This document shows, in pieces, positions 37,831-47,632 of a stretch of 64,000 nucleotides of DNA. The stretch comes from an uncultured Lachnospiraceae bacterium. GTDB taxonomy: Bacteria > Bacillota > Clostridia > Lachnospirales > Lachnospiraceae. The stretch lies in contig CAZACC010000001.1 in assembly GCA_964483545.1 (NCBI GenBank), forward strand, positions 5,883 through 69,882, written 5' to 3'. The number at the start of each line of letters is the position of its first letter. Positions within the stretch are counted from its first letter, which is position 1. The position numbers and the translations under genes were made by a program. Under the pieces are notes generated by a model. That model was given only the letters and a program-made list of their open reading frames with translations. It had not been told where the DNA came from and made no database searches.

Positions 37831-37886
37831 AATCCAAGGGACAAATATTTAAACTTTGAAATCCCTTGCACATGATGTATAATAAA

Positions 37887-37919
37887 AAAGACTTGAGTTA
37901 TCTATATGCTCAAGTCTTT
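37887..37919 (+). terminator. putative ftsH terminator hairpin
   Basis: AAAGACTTGAG, an 11-nt loop, then CTCAAGTCTTT. The T-tract is weak. Confidence 0.45.
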
Positions 37920-37958
37920 CGTTCTGTACAGCAGCCATTTTACGGTATGAGGTATGCA

Positions 37959-39041
37959 ATGTCGATATTCAGCAAGATGAAATCCAGACTGACCATAGGT
38001 AACAAAGATAAGGCACTGACAGTGCTTTTGATTGTGATATCGGCAATTATGTTAATCATAACCGCCCTTAGTCTGGTATATTTCAGGGTGCAGGTAACCA
38101 ATCTGAATACAGTTGAAAACACAGAATACAGCGAATATGATCGTCATTATGCGTTGATTACCGATGACCTGGAGAAGTCTTTTTGGGACTCAGTGTATAC
38201 AGGAACCAAGGAAGAGGGAGACAGAAGCGGAGCATATGTGGAGCGACTTGGAAAAAATCTGGCAGTCTCCTATACGAAAAATGAATTAATGGACATTGCG
38301 ATTGATTCGCATGTAGATGGTATTATTCTGGAGGCTGATGAAAGTGATGAGACAACACAGCTGATCCAACGGGCTGCAGAAAACGATATACCAGTAATAA
38401 CCGTACTGAGTGACTGTTCCAATAGCGATAGGAAAAGCTATATTGGAGTCAGTAACTATAATTTGGGCGGAGAATACGGTAAACAGATTATGAAGCTGCT
38501 CAATGGAGAAAATCAGAAGGTACTGGTTCTGATGAATGTTAATACGGAAGATTCTTCCCAGAATATTATCTTTACGGCCATTCAGGAAACCTTGGAAAAA
38601 GCTGGTGTAGATATGAGTCATATTGATATTGATACAGCAGCAATTAGCGATGATGGCGCATTTAGCGCAGAGGAGTCAATACGTGATATTTTTATGGATT
38701 CAGAAAATCTGCCTGATATTATGATTTGCCTGAATGAGCTGAATACTACAAGTGCTTATCAGGCTGTAGTAGATTATAATAAAGTAGGTATCATCAATAT
38801 CATAGGATATTATAGTTCCGACACAATACTGAAAGCGATTGACAGAAATATCATTCAGGCGACTATATCCGTAGACACTGCTCAAATGGGAAGGTACTGT
38901 GTACAGGCATTGGATGAATATATAGCTACAGGGCATGTCAGCGAGTATTTTTCAGTAGACATATCTCAAATTACGATGGAAAATGTAAATCATTATCTGA
39001 CCGAAGAGGAAGCGGATGAAAGTAAAGATCAAGAAAACTAA
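37959..39041 (+). CDS. membrane-anchored periplasmic-binding-protein (type I, sugar-binding-like) sensor accessory protein
   Basis: The ORF opens at 37866, but that region contains the ftsH terminator, so I prefer the ATG at 37959 (start uncertain). One TM (ALTVLLIVISAIMLIITALSLVYF) is followed by a PBP-I-like fold. It overlaps the kinase gene. Confidence 0.55.
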   Translation: MSIFSKMKSRLTIGNKDKALTVLLIVISAIMLIITALSLVYFRVQVTNLNTVENTEYSEYDRHYALITDDLEKSFWDSVYTGTKEEGDRSGAYVERLGKNLAVSYTKNELMDIAIDSHVDGIILEADESDETTQLIQRAAENDIPVITVLSDCSNSDRKSYIGVSNYNLGGEYGKQIMKLLNGENQKVLVLMNVNTEDSSQNIIFTAIQETLEKAGVDMSHIDIDTAAISDDGAFSAEESIRDIFMDSENLPDIMICLNELNTTSAYQAVVDYNKVGIINIIGYYSSDTILKAIDRNIIQATISVDTAQMGRYCVQALDEYIATGHVSEYFSVDISQITMENVNHYLTEEEADESKDQEN

Positions 39042-40521
39042 CATCAGCCTCAAGCTGACCATACAGTCCAAGTTAATACTTGTCTTTATATTCACGTCTA
39101 TCATTATTTTTATCGTGAATCTGTTTGTGTATGTCAACCTGAATCGGATGATCAGCAAGATTGAGGAAATCTATGCAAGTAATGTGAATCTGAATGATTT
39201 GACAGAGGCGTTATCGGATGTTCAGATCAGCATGACAGACTATTTGAACACAAAGAGCTCTGATGCCATTGAACAGTATTACCGCAGTGAACAGGACTAT
39301 GCCAATCTTCTTAACGATCTGGATGTTACTACAACAAACAGTGATATGAAGCTTATGGAAAAGGGAATCAAGAATATGTCAGATACCTATCTGAAGATTA
39401 CAAATGAAACCGTCCAAAGCAAACGAGGTAGAAATGTCGAGAAATATAAGAATAGTTATGAGGAAGCCAGTACACTTTTTTCTTATATAAATACATATAT
39501 TTACAGTTTGAATAATGAACAATTCAAGTACAATTCGGGTAATTATGAGGTATTACTTTCATCAATGAAGTATTCGGAAGTGATCAGTCTGTCGATTCTG
39601 GTAGCGGTTGCATTTTGCAACACCATGATTATCATTTTTATGACACGCAGTATTACAAATCCATTAAAGGAGCTCGCAAAGATTGCAAATGAGGTAGCTA
39701 GTGGAAGACTGGATGTAGAGCTGCTGAAGATCAAATCAAATGACGAAGTCGGAGTTGTGGCAAAGGCATTTAATAAAATGATTCTCAGTATCAGAGAATA
39801 TATTGAACAGATACGGGTTCGTATGGAGATGGAAAGCGCCATGAAGGAAAAAGAGCTTATGATGGCGACACATCTAAAGGATGCACAGCTGAAATATCTG
39901 CAGGCACAGATCAATCCTCATTTTTTATTTAATACCTTGAATGCTGGAGCGCAGTTGGCTATGCTGGAGGATGCTGAGAGAACCAATGTCTATATTCAGA
40001 ACATGGCAGATTTTTTCAGGTATAATGTAAAAAAGAATAATGATAGTGTTACGCTCAGAGAAGAGGTCGAGCTGATTGACAGCTACATATACATTCTGAA
40101 TGTGAGGTTTTCTGGAGATATCCATTTTGAAAAGAAGATCAATCAGGAGCTGTTGGATATAAAGATGCCAAGTATGATTTTGCAGCCAATCGTGGAAAAC
40201 AGTGTCAATTACGGCATTCGTAATATTGACTGGGAGGGCTTAATCACGTTATCTGTTTATGAGGAGAAGGGCAAGGTTTGTGTCAGCATCAAGGATAATG
40301 GTGCAGGTATGACCGCAGAGAAGATACAGCAGATCATGGCAAAGGAAGTACAGCAGTCAGAAACAGCAGACCACTCCAATGGTGTAGGTCTGGAGAATGT
40401 AATCAATCGTCTGCAGATATTCTTTAATGATGAAGATATCTTCATCATTCAGAGTGAAGGTGAAAATAAAGGTTCAGAAGTCATCATCAGATTACCAAAG
40501 TCAAAGAAAGAGGTTTCGTAA
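39016..40521 (+). CDS. sensor histidine kinase, LytS/YesM type
   Basis: Two TM helices flank a sensor domain. A HAMP domain, the QINPHFLFNTLN histidine-kinase box, and the HATPase domain (SIKDNGAGM, GVGLENV) follow. Confidence 0.85.
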   Translation: MKVKIKKTNISLKLTIQSKLILVFIFTSIIIFIVNLFVYVNLNRMISKIEEIYASNVNLNDLTEALSDVQISMTDYLNTKSSDAIEQYYRSEQDYANLLNDLDVTTTNSDMKLMEKGIKNMSDTYLKITNETVQSKRGRNVEKYKNSYEEASTLFSYINTYIYSLNNEQFKYNSGNYEVLLSSMKYSEVISLSILVAVAFCNTMIIIFMTRSITNPLKELAKIANEVASGRLDVELLKIKSNDEVGVVAKAFNKMILSIREYIEQIRVRMEMESAMKEKELMMATHLKDAQLKYLQAQINPHFLFNTLNAGAQLAMLEDAERTNVYIQNMADFFRYNVKKNNDSVTLREEVELIDSYIYILNVRFSGDIHFEKKINQELLDIKMPSMILQPIVENSVNYGIRNIDWEGLITLSVYEEKGKVCVSIKDNGAGMTAEKIQQIMAKEVQQSETADHSNGVGLENVINRLQIFFNDEDIFIIQSEGENKGSEVIIRLPKSKKEVS

Positions 40522-42119
40522 TGTATAGAATTATGTTGGCAGATGACGAGGGAATTGTCATTGATTCCCTGAAGTTTATCATTGAGAAGCATTTTAAGGA
40601 AGATTGTATCATTGAATCAGCAAAGACAGGCAGAAGCGTCATAGAGCTCGCTGAACAATTTCGTCCAGATATTGCCTTTATGGATATTCAGATGCCTGGT
40701 ATTAATGGGATTGATGCCATGCGTGAAATCTGTAAGGTAGCCCCCTCTACCATATTTATAGTAATGTCAGCGTATGATAAATTTGACTATGCAAAGGAAG
40801 CTATTAATCTCGGTGTATTAGAATATCTGAACAAGCCTGTTGAACAGGCGAAGATTGTTGAAGTACTGAAACGTGCAATGAAGATGATCGATGATGATAG
40901 GGAGAAGCGAAGTGAGGATCTGCTGATTCGTGAGAAGATGGAAACTGTTGTGCCGATTATAGAAAATGGCTTGATCTATTCTGTATTGTTTCAGGAGCAT
41001 TTTGAAGAAGATATTGATAATTTTAAGAATCTGCTCAGAATGGAAGAGGACTATGGCTATATGGCAGTGCTTGTATGCGGAGAGTCGCAAGAGGGCAATT
41101 ATATGACCAATGCCGTAGGCAGCGGCATTAAGGCCCAGAATGAATACCATGAAGTACGTGAAATTATCCGAGAATTTTTCACATGTGTAATCAGTTCAGT
41201 CATGGCAAACAAAATTGCGGTGTATGTTCCCTGCAAAGGAGATCATGCATTGGATTATAACGAACGTATTGAAGTAATCGAAAAAGCACGTGAGATGTCA
41301 CGCAAGCTGAAAAAACGACTAGATATACATTTCAGAGTCGGTATTGGTTCTGTCAGGCGGCTGAATGAAGCGATGACATCCTACCAGGAGGCGTTGACTT
41401 CACTGGTCAGTACAACGGGTACGGTTGCACATGTTGATGATTTGCCGTTGGTATGTGATTACGAATCGGATTACCCTATCGATATAGAGAAAATCATCTT
41501 TGAACGGACGGAAAAGGGTGATGTAGAGGGTGCGACCATGTATGCAAATCAGTTCTTCGACTGGATGTTGGAAACCTACGGAGATTACATAACAGATATT
41601 AAGTTAAAATGTCTTGAGTTTGTATTATGGGCAGAGCATGTAGCTTATGAAACAGGCGGCATGACATATCATTTTCGTTCTCGCCAAGATTATTTGCCAT
41701 CACTGATGGCGTTTCAGAACTATGATGATTTGCGGATCTGGTTCGTTTCTAAGGTCAGTGAGGCAAGTCGGAATGTAACATCCAAAAAAGAGGAGCAGTC
41801 CAGTGGTGTCATTGCTCAGGCAAAGAACTATATTGATACACACTATAACAAAGATATCTCATTGGACGATGTGTCCAGAGAGGTTGAGATTAGCCCGTAC
41901 TATTTCAGCAAACTGTTTAAAGAAGAAACAGGAGAGAACTTTATAGAATATGTTACAAACATTCGCCTTGAAAGGGCGAGGGAACTGCTGGCAAAGACAG
42001 AATACAGCATGAAGGAGATCTGTGGTGAGATCGGATATGCAGATCCGAATTATTTCAGCAGAATATTCAAGAAGAATGTCGGTTTGACACCTACTGAGTA
42101 CAAGGAGGGGAGTAATTGA
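40521..42119 (+). CDS. response regulator with AraC-type DNA-binding domain (YesN-like)
   Basis: Receiver domain (MLADDEGIV..PDIAFMDIQMPGINGID) and a C-terminal AraC HTH (ICGEIGYADPNYFSRIFKKNVGLTPTEYK). Confidence 0.9.
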   Translation: MYRIMLADDEGIVIDSLKFIIEKHFKEDCIIESAKTGRSVIELAEQFRPDIAFMDIQMPGINGIDAMREICKVAPSTIFIVMSAYDKFDYAKEAINLGVLEYLNKPVEQAKIVEVLKRAMKMIDDDREKRSEDLLIREKMETVVPIIENGLIYSVLFQEHFEEDIDNFKNLLRMEEDYGYMAVLVCGESQEGNYMTNAVGSGIKAQNEYHEVREIIREFFTCVISSVMANKIAVYVPCKGDHALDYNERIEVIEKAREMSRKLKKRLDIHFRVGIGSVRRLNEAMTSYQEALTSLVSTTGTVAHVDDLPLVCDYESDYPIDIEKIIFERTEKGDVEGATMYANQFFDWMLETYGDYITDIKLKCLEFVLWAEHVAYETGGMTYHFRSRQDYLPSLMAFQNYDDLRIWFVSKVSEASRNVTSKKEEQSSGVIAQAKNYIDTHYNKDISLDDVSREVEISPYYFSKLFKEETGENFIEYVTNIRLERARELLAKTEYSMKEICGEIGYADPNYFSRIFKKNVGLTPTEYKEGSN

Positions 42120-43159
42120 TGAAAGCCAAACGTTGCATCAGCATTATTTGTGCATTGCTTTTGGTCGTTTCTCTGGCGGCTTGTGGCAAAAATGAAATGG
42201 CCAGAGAAGAAAAAATCGAAGAGGCTGAAGATAAACTTCAGATCGGAATGACGTTTGACTCTTTTGTCATTGAAAGATGGCAGAGAGACAGAGATGTCTT
42301 TGTGGCAGCGGCGAAAGAACTGGGTGCTGAGGTCAACGTTCAGAATGCAAATGGTGAGGTAGATGAACAGATTGCCCAGATAGAATATTTCATTGATCGT
42401 AATGTAGATGTCATTGTTGTTATTCCAATAGATGGAGAGAAGCTAGTTTCGTCGGTTGCAAAGGCAAAGAAAGCAGGAATTAAAGTGATTGCATATGACC
42501 GTCCGATTAAATATGCAGATTCAGATCTATATATTTCATTTGATAATGAGGCCGTAGGCAGAATCATGGGAGAGGTTTTGTGCAGCAAGCTTCCAGCAGG
42601 CAGTAAGATCATAATGATCAGCGGACCGATGGCTGACAGCAACGTACCGATGGTCAATGCGGGATTTGAGAACATTGTAAAGCGGAATAAAAATACAATC
42701 ATTGATATTACATATGCTGAGGGATGGAGAGCGGAAGAGGCATACAATTATATTAATGATCACGTAACTGCTGTTTCAGAGGCCGATGCCATCATGTGTG
42801 GTAATGACAATCTTGCTGGTCAGGCAATTAAGGCCTTGTCTGAACGTCGTCTGGCAGGAAAGGTATTGGTGGTCGGTCAGGATGCTGAACTAGAGGCGTG
42901 TCAGAGAATTGTAGAGGGGACACAGCTGATGACTGTCTTTAAGCCAGTGGAAAAGCTAGCCAGAGAAGCAGCTGAGTATGCAGTGAAACTGGCCAAAGGT
43001 GAAGATATCGGAGTGAAAGAGACATATATGGAAGGCGCTTATGAGATTCCATGTGTGACACTGGAGCCGATCAAGGTCACGGAAGACAATATGGATGAAG
43101 TAGTCATCAACAGCGGGTTCCATCTTCGTGAAGATGTTTATATGAATGTAATGGAGTAA
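42116..43159 (+). CDS. sugar-binding lipoprotein (PBP type I), probable sensor-associated binding protein
   Basis: Lipobox LAAC, IGMTFDSFVIERWQRD, VIAYDRPI. 4-nt overlap with the regulator gene. Confidence 0.8.
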   Translation: MMKAKRCISIICALLLVVSLAACGKNEMAREEKIEEAEDKLQIGMTFDSFVIERWQRDRDVFVAAAKELGAEVNVQNANGEVDEQIAQIEYFIDRNVDVIVVIPIDGEKLVSSVAKAKKAGIKVIAYDRPIKYADSDLYISFDNEAVGRIMGEVLCSKLPAGSKIIMISGPMADSNVPMVNAGFENIVKRNKNTIIDITYAEGWRAEEAYNYINDHVTAVSEADAIMCGNDNLAGQAIKALSERRLAGKVLVVGQDAELEACQRIVEGTQLMTVFKPVEKLAREAAEYAVKLAKGEDIGVKETYMEGAYEIPCVTLEPIKVTEDNMDEVVINSGFHLREDVYMNVME

Positions 43160-43168
43160 TCATCAGCT

Positions 43169-43190
43169 AGTTGCTTCATAGTTGCTTCAT
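43169..43190. promoter_or_regulatory. perfect 11-bp tandem direct repeat AGTTGCTTCAT x2 (candidate regulator site)
   Basis: Copies at 43169-43179 and 43180-43190. They sit between the sensing genes and the transporter operon, upstream of a TTGACA at 43273. Confidence 0.35.
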
Positions 43191-43355
43191 AATACAAAAA
43201 AATGCTAGTACAAAACACAAAAATGTGCTAGCTTTTTTATTCTTAAATTTTTATAAAATGAAAATATGAAGAAGTTGACAAATATGTACTATTGGAAGTG
43301 TGTTATAGTTTATACTGTAGCAAGTAACAAACCAATTCAAAGGGAGGATTTTGAA

Positions 43356-44504
43356 ATGAAGAAAAAATTACTTAGTGCCATCCTTAGTGTAGCTATGGTA
43401 GCTACATTACTCGTAGGATGCGGAAGCAAAGCAGAAGAAGCAGCACCGGCAGCAGATGCAGCAGCAGAAGAAGCAGCACCGGCAGCAGATGCAGCAGAAG
43501 AAGCAGCACCAGCAGCAGATGCAGCAGGCGGACTCGTTGGTGTAGCAATGCCTACAAAGGATTTACAGCGTTGGAATCAGGACGGCGAGAACATGAAGGC
43601 ACAGCTTGAAGCAGCTGGTTACACAGTTGATCTTCAGTACGCTAATAACGATGTAGCAACTCAGGTATCAGTTCTTGAGAACATGATTGCTAATGGATGT
43701 AAGTTACTGGTTGTAGCTTCTATCGATGGTAGTGCTCTTGGTACAGTTCTGGAGCAGGCTAAAGAAGCAGCTATCCCGGTTATCGCTTATGATCGTCTGA
43801 TCATGAACACAGATGCTTGCTCATATTATGCATCATTCGATAACTACAAGGTTGGTACTATGCAGGGTGAGTACGTTAGAGACGCTTTAAAGCTTGATAC
43901 AGAAGCAGGTCCTTTCAACGTAGAGTTCTTTGGTGGTGACCCTGGTGATAACAATGCACTTCTGTTCTTCGGTGGCGCTATGGACGTTTTAAAGCCATAC
44001 ATCGATGAGGGTAAAATCGTTGTTCAGTCAGGTCAGAAGGAATTCGCAGAATGCGCAACAGCTTCATGGTCAACAGAGAATGCACAGAGCAGAATGGAGA
44101 ACATCGTTTCTTCATACTACGCTGATGGAACTAAGATCGATGCAGTTTGCTGTTCAAACGATTCTACATCACTTGGTGTTCAGAACGCATTAGAGAGCTC
44201 ATACAATGGCGAGTGGCCAGTTATCACAGGTCAGGATTGTGATATCGCTAATATGCCTAACATCATTGCTGGAAAGCAGTCAATGTCAGTATTCAAGGAT
44301 ACTCGTGATCTGGCAGCTAAAACAGTCGAGATGGTTGACGCTATCATGAAGGGCGGAGAGGCTCCTGTTAACAACACTACAGATTATGACAACGGTGTTA
44401 TGGTAGTTCCTTCATACCTCTGCGATCCTAAGTTCGCTGATAAGGATAACTACAAAGAGCTGTTAGTTGATTCAGGTTACTATACAGAGGATCAGTTAAA
44501 ATAG
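43356..44504 (+). CDS. sugar ABC transporter substrate-binding lipoprotein (ChvE/multiple-sugar type)
   Basis: Start trimmed to the ATG after AGGGAGG. Lipobox LLVGCGS, an A/E/P-rich linker, then a PBP-I core (VGVAMPTKDLQRWNQDG, PVIAYDRLI). Confidence 0.85.
   Translation: MKKKLLSAILSVAMVATLLVGCGSKAEEAAPAADAAAEEAAPAADAAEEAAPAADAAGGLVGVAMPTKDLQRWNQDGENMKAQLEAAGYTVDLQYANNDVATQVSVLENMIANGCKLLVVASIDGSALGTVLEQAKEAAIPVIAYDRLIMNTDACSYYASFDNYKVGTMQGEYVRDALKLDTEAGPFNVEFFGGDPGDNNALLFFGGAMDVLKPYIDEGKIVVQSGQKEFAECATASWSTENAQSRMENIVSSYYADGTKIDAVCCSNDSTSLGVQNALESSYNGEWPVITGQDCDIANMPNIIAGKQSMSVFKDTRDLAAKTVEMVDAIMKGGEAPVNNTTDYDNGVMVVPSYLCDPKFADKDNYKELLVDSGYYTEDQLK
43434..43526 (+). repeat. 33/30/30-nt tandem repeat encoding EEAAPAADAA(A) x3 in the lipoprotein linker
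   Basis: Units span 43434-43466, 43467-43496 and 43497-43526. They are nearly identical, with one synonymous difference (ccg versus cca). Confidence 0.9.
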
Positions 44505-44543
44505 TCAGTTATAATCAGATAAGTGTCTGAAAGATTTGAATAG

Positions 44544-44567
44544 ACAGGCGGGTATTATCCCGCCTGT
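44544..44567 (+). terminator. hairpin after the binding-protein gene (partial terminator or mRNA stabiliser)
   Basis: ACAGGCGGG, a 6-nt loop, then CCCGCCTGT, followed by TGTATTCT. Confidence 0.5.
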
Positions 44568-44770
44568 TGTATTCTGAACAAGTATGATATACGGAGTTAA
44601 ATGCGCACATAGCATATATTATATATCCGATCTAGACATATGTTATATGCTGTTTGCACATTTGGAGCTCTGTGGAGGACAGAAGTTCTTGAACCTCCGT
44701 ACAAAATTTGTTACATTAGTAATAGGGTTATAATCGTATTTGGGCAAATTACAATTTGGGAGGGATACAA

Positions 44771-46309
44771 TTGGCTAGTATAATATTGGAAATGAAGAAT
44801 ATCACCAAGATCTTTCCAGGCGTTAAGGCACTGGATAACGTAAACTTTAAGGTAGAAGAGGGCGAGATACATGCTCTCGTAGGTGAAAACGGTGCAGGTA
44901 AGTCAACGCTGATGAACGTGCTCAGCGGTATCTATCCTCATGGCACCTATGAAGGAGATATCATATACAAAGGCGAAGTGTGCAACTTCCAGACGATTAA
45001 GGACAGCGAGAAAAAAGGAATCGTCATCATCCATCAGGAGCTGGCACTAGTACCATATCTGACAATCGGAGAGAACATGTTCCTCGGAAATGAAAGAGGA
45101 AAGAAATCATCGATTGACTGGGACGAGACCTATGGAAAGGCAAATGAGTATCTGAGGACAGTTGGATTGCATGAATCCTCCCGTACGCTGGTCAAAGATA
45201 TCGGAGTCGGCAAACAGCAGTTAGTAGAGATTGCGAAGGCACTGGCAAAGAAAGCCAAGCTGCTGATCTTAGATGAGCCGACATCATCACTGAATGAAGC
45301 AGATTCACAGGCATTACTGAATCTGTTGCTGCAGTTCAAGAAGGAGGGAATGACCTCCATCATCATATCCCACAAACTAAACGAAGTATCCTACGTAGCA
45401 GATAAGATCACAATCCTGAGAGATGGAGCCACGATCGAGACGCTGGATAAGGGTCAAGAAGCCATAGATGAGGAACGGATCATCAAGGGAATGGTAGGAC
45501 GAGAGCTGACGGATCGTTTTCCGGAGAGGGAGAATACGAATATCGGAGAGGTCAGCATGGAGGTTCGGAACTGGAGTGTGTACCATCCGCTGTATACAGA
45601 GAGAAAGATGGTAGACGATGTATCACTGAAAGTCCGAAAGGGCGAGGTGGTAGGAATCTCAGGACTGATGGGCGCAGGACGTACAGAGCTTGCGATGAGC
45701 GTATTTGGAAAGAGCTATGGAACCAATATCAGCGGAGAGTTGTATATCAATGGGGAGAAGGTAGAATTACATAATCCAAAGCAGGCAATCGAACATAAGT
45801 TAGCCTACGTCACAGAGGACAGAAAAGGAAATGGACTGATCCTATCGAATCCGATTAGAGTGAATACAACACTTGCGAATCTGGAAGCTGTTAGCAGCAA
45901 CTCTGTCATCGATAAGGATAAAGAGATCGCAGTAGCTGGAGAGTATAAAGAGAAGCTGAAGACAAAGTGTCCGACGATCGAGCAGAATGTAGGAAATCTA
46001 AGCGGAGGAAATCAGCAGAAGGTGCTGCTTGCGAAGTGGATGTTTGCAGATCCAGAAGTCCTAATCCTAGATGAGCCAACACGAGGAATCGATGTCGGAG
46101 CGAAATATGAGATCTACTGCATCATCAATCGTCTGGTGGCAGAAGGGAAGTCCGTAATCATGATTTCATCGGAGTTGCCTGAGATTCTCGGAATGTGTGA
46201 CCGGATCTATATCATGAATGAGGGAAAGATGGTCGGAGAGTTGGGCAGGCAAGAAGCGACGCAGGAAGTCATCATGTCCCATATATTGAAATCTAGTAAA
46301 GGAGCATAG
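44771..46309 (+). CDS. sugar ABC transporter ATP-binding protein (GguA/XylG-like, duplicated cassette)
   Basis: TTG start after GGGAGGG, chosen so that the conserved [18 protein letters not shown]-terminus is retained. GENGAGKST; LSGGNQQKV. Confidence 0.9.
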   Translation: MASIILEMKNITKIFPGVKALDNVNFKVEEGEIHALVGENGAGKSTLMNVLSGIYPHGTYEGDIIYKGEVCNFQTIKDSEKKGIVIIHQELALVPYLTIGENMFLGNERGKKSSIDWDETYGKANEYLRTVGLHESSRTLVKDIGVGKQQLVEIAKALAKKAKLLILDEPTSSLNEADSQALLNLLLQFKKEGMTSIIISHKLNEVSYVADKITILRDGATIETLDKGQEAIDEERIIKGMVGRELTDRFPERENTNIGEVSMEVRNWSVYHPLYTERKMVDDVSLKVRKGEVVGISGLMGAGRTELAMSVFGKSYGTNISGELYINGEKVELHNPKQAIEHKLAYVTEDRKGNGLILSNPIRVNTTLANLEAVSSNSVIDKDKEIAVAGEYKEKLKTKCPTIEQNVGNLSGGNQQKVLLAKWMFADPEVLILDEPTRGIDVGAKYEIYCIINRLVAEGKSVIMISSELPEILGMCDRIYIMNEGKMVGELGRQEATQEVIMSHILKSSKGA

Positions 46310-46312
46310 ACA

Positions 46313-47467
46313 ATGGATAAAGCAATAGGTGTATTAAAGAAAAACACAATGGTCATTGCGCTTATTGTGGTGTTGGTCTTCTTCACAGTAGCAACTGGAG
46401 GAAAGATGCTGTTACCACAGAACGTGAATAACCTGATTTCGCAGAATGCGTATGTATTTATTTTAGCAACTGGTATGCTGTTGTGTATTCTGACTGGTGG
46501 CAATATTGACCTTTCGGTTGGCTGTATAGTATGTATTTCAGGAGCAATCGGTGGCAGCTTGATGGTTCAAAAAGATGCCAGTCCGGCACTTGCTATTCCA
46601 GTCATGCTGCTGATGGGTATTGTGATTGGTATTTGGCAGGGTTTCTGGATTGCATATGTCAGGATTCCCCCCTTTATCGTAACGTTGGCTGGTATGTTGA
46701 TTTGGAGAGGTCTTTCCAATGTTATTTTGCAGGGACTTACATTGGCACCGCTTCCTGACAGCTACCTTGCACTATTTAATAATTATGTGCCTGATTTTCT
46801 TGGTGGAAGTACGATTAACTATACATGTATTCTAGTTGGAATTATCGCATGCATTATATATATAATGTCGCAGCTTCGTAGCCGCGTATCAAAAGCGAAG
46901 AAGGGATATGAAACAGAAAAAATATCTTCTATGATCTTGAAAATCGTAGTGATTTGTGTCGTGATTTTGTGGTTTACTTATAAGCTATCACAGTATAAGG
47001 GTATTCCATTTATGCTTCTTTGGATTGCTGCCATTGTATTTATCTATACATACATTACAAAAAAGACGGTGATTGGTCGTCACATTTACGCAGTCGGTGG
47101 TAATGAAAAGGCAACAAAGCTTTCTGGTATCAATACAAATCATATTTACTTCATTGTATACCTAAACATGGCATTTTTGGCAGCGGTGGCAGGGCTTGTA
47201 ACAGCTGCACGTTTAAATTCCGCAAATCCTACAGCTGGTACAAACTATGAAATGGATGCTATCGGGGCCTGCTTTATTGGTGGTGCCTCAGCGTATGGCG
47301 GTATCGGTTCTACAGGTGGGGTTGTAGTAGGAGCTCTGCTGATGGGTGTCATCAACCAAGGTATGATTATCATGGGTGTAGATGCAAACTGGCAGAAGGT
47401 TGTAAAAGGTGGCGTATTGCTACTAGCAGTTATTTTTGATGTTCTTTCTAAGAAGAACGATAAGTAA
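46313..47467 (+). CDS. sugar ABC transporter permease (GguB/XylH-like)
   Basis: Polytopic protein with GGNIDLSVG and NYEMDAIGACFIGGAS motifs of the ribose/xylose-type permease family. Confidence 0.9.
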   Translation: MDKAIGVLKKNTMVIALIVVLVFFTVATGGKMLLPQNVNNLISQNAYVFILATGMLLCILTGGNIDLSVGCIVCISGAIGGSLMVQKDASPALAIPVMLLMGIVIGIWQGFWIAYVRIPPFIVTLAGMLIWRGLSNVILQGLTLAPLPDSYLALFNNYVPDFLGGSTINYTCILVGIIACIIYIMSQLRSRVSKAKKGYETEKISSMILKIVVICVVILWFTYKLSQYKGIPFMLLWIAAIVFIYTYITKKTVIGRHIYAVGGNEKATKLSGINTNHIYFIVYLNMAFLAAVAGLVTAARLNSANPTAGTNYEMDAIGACFIGGASAYGGIGSTGGVVVGALLMGVINQGMIIMGVDANWQKVVKGGVLLLAVIFDVLSKKNDK

Positions 47468-47482
47468 TTCGAAAGAAAATAG

Positions 47483-47512
47483 AGAGACCCTGATTTTAGT
47501 TACAGGGTCTCT
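47483..47512 (+). terminator. intrinsic terminator of the sugar transporter operon
   Basis: AGAGACCCTG, a 10-nt loop, then CAGGGTCTCT, followed by TTTT. Confidence 0.65.
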
Positions 47513-47632
47513 TTTCTAGTGTTTTGATTTGTAATCAATCATGATATAATGAGCGCAAGAGAGCCATAGGGAGCTTGCTCACTTTTGGCGAACGGCGAAT
47601 GTCGATGATATGTAACGTAGGAGAGAAGATCT

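Noticed and set aside
37620-37873. Two minus-strand ORFs with striking repeats (SSCFGSSCF..., [10 protein letters not shown]...).
   Set aside because: They are the reverse-frame readout of the 15-nt repeat at the ftsH 3' end, not independent genes.
43203-43240. GCTAG...GCTAGC followed by a T-run, as a terminator after the lipoprotein sensor gene.
   Set aside because: The stem is only about 5 bp with an 18-nt loop, which is too weak to call.
43266-43355. N-terminal 30-codon extension of the ChvE-like gene (MKKLTNMYYWKC...).
   Set aside because: The extension covers the likely promoter. The internal ATG at 43356 has a strong AGGGAGG RBS and starts a canonical lipoprotein signal peptide.
44601-44660. 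Imperfect inverted repeat GCACATAGCATATA ... TATATGCTGTTTGC between the binding-protein and ATPase genes.
   Set aside because: It has two mismatches in 14 bp and a long AT-rich loop. It is most simply an mRNA structural element or chance palindrome in AT-rich DNA, and I cannot support a specific function.
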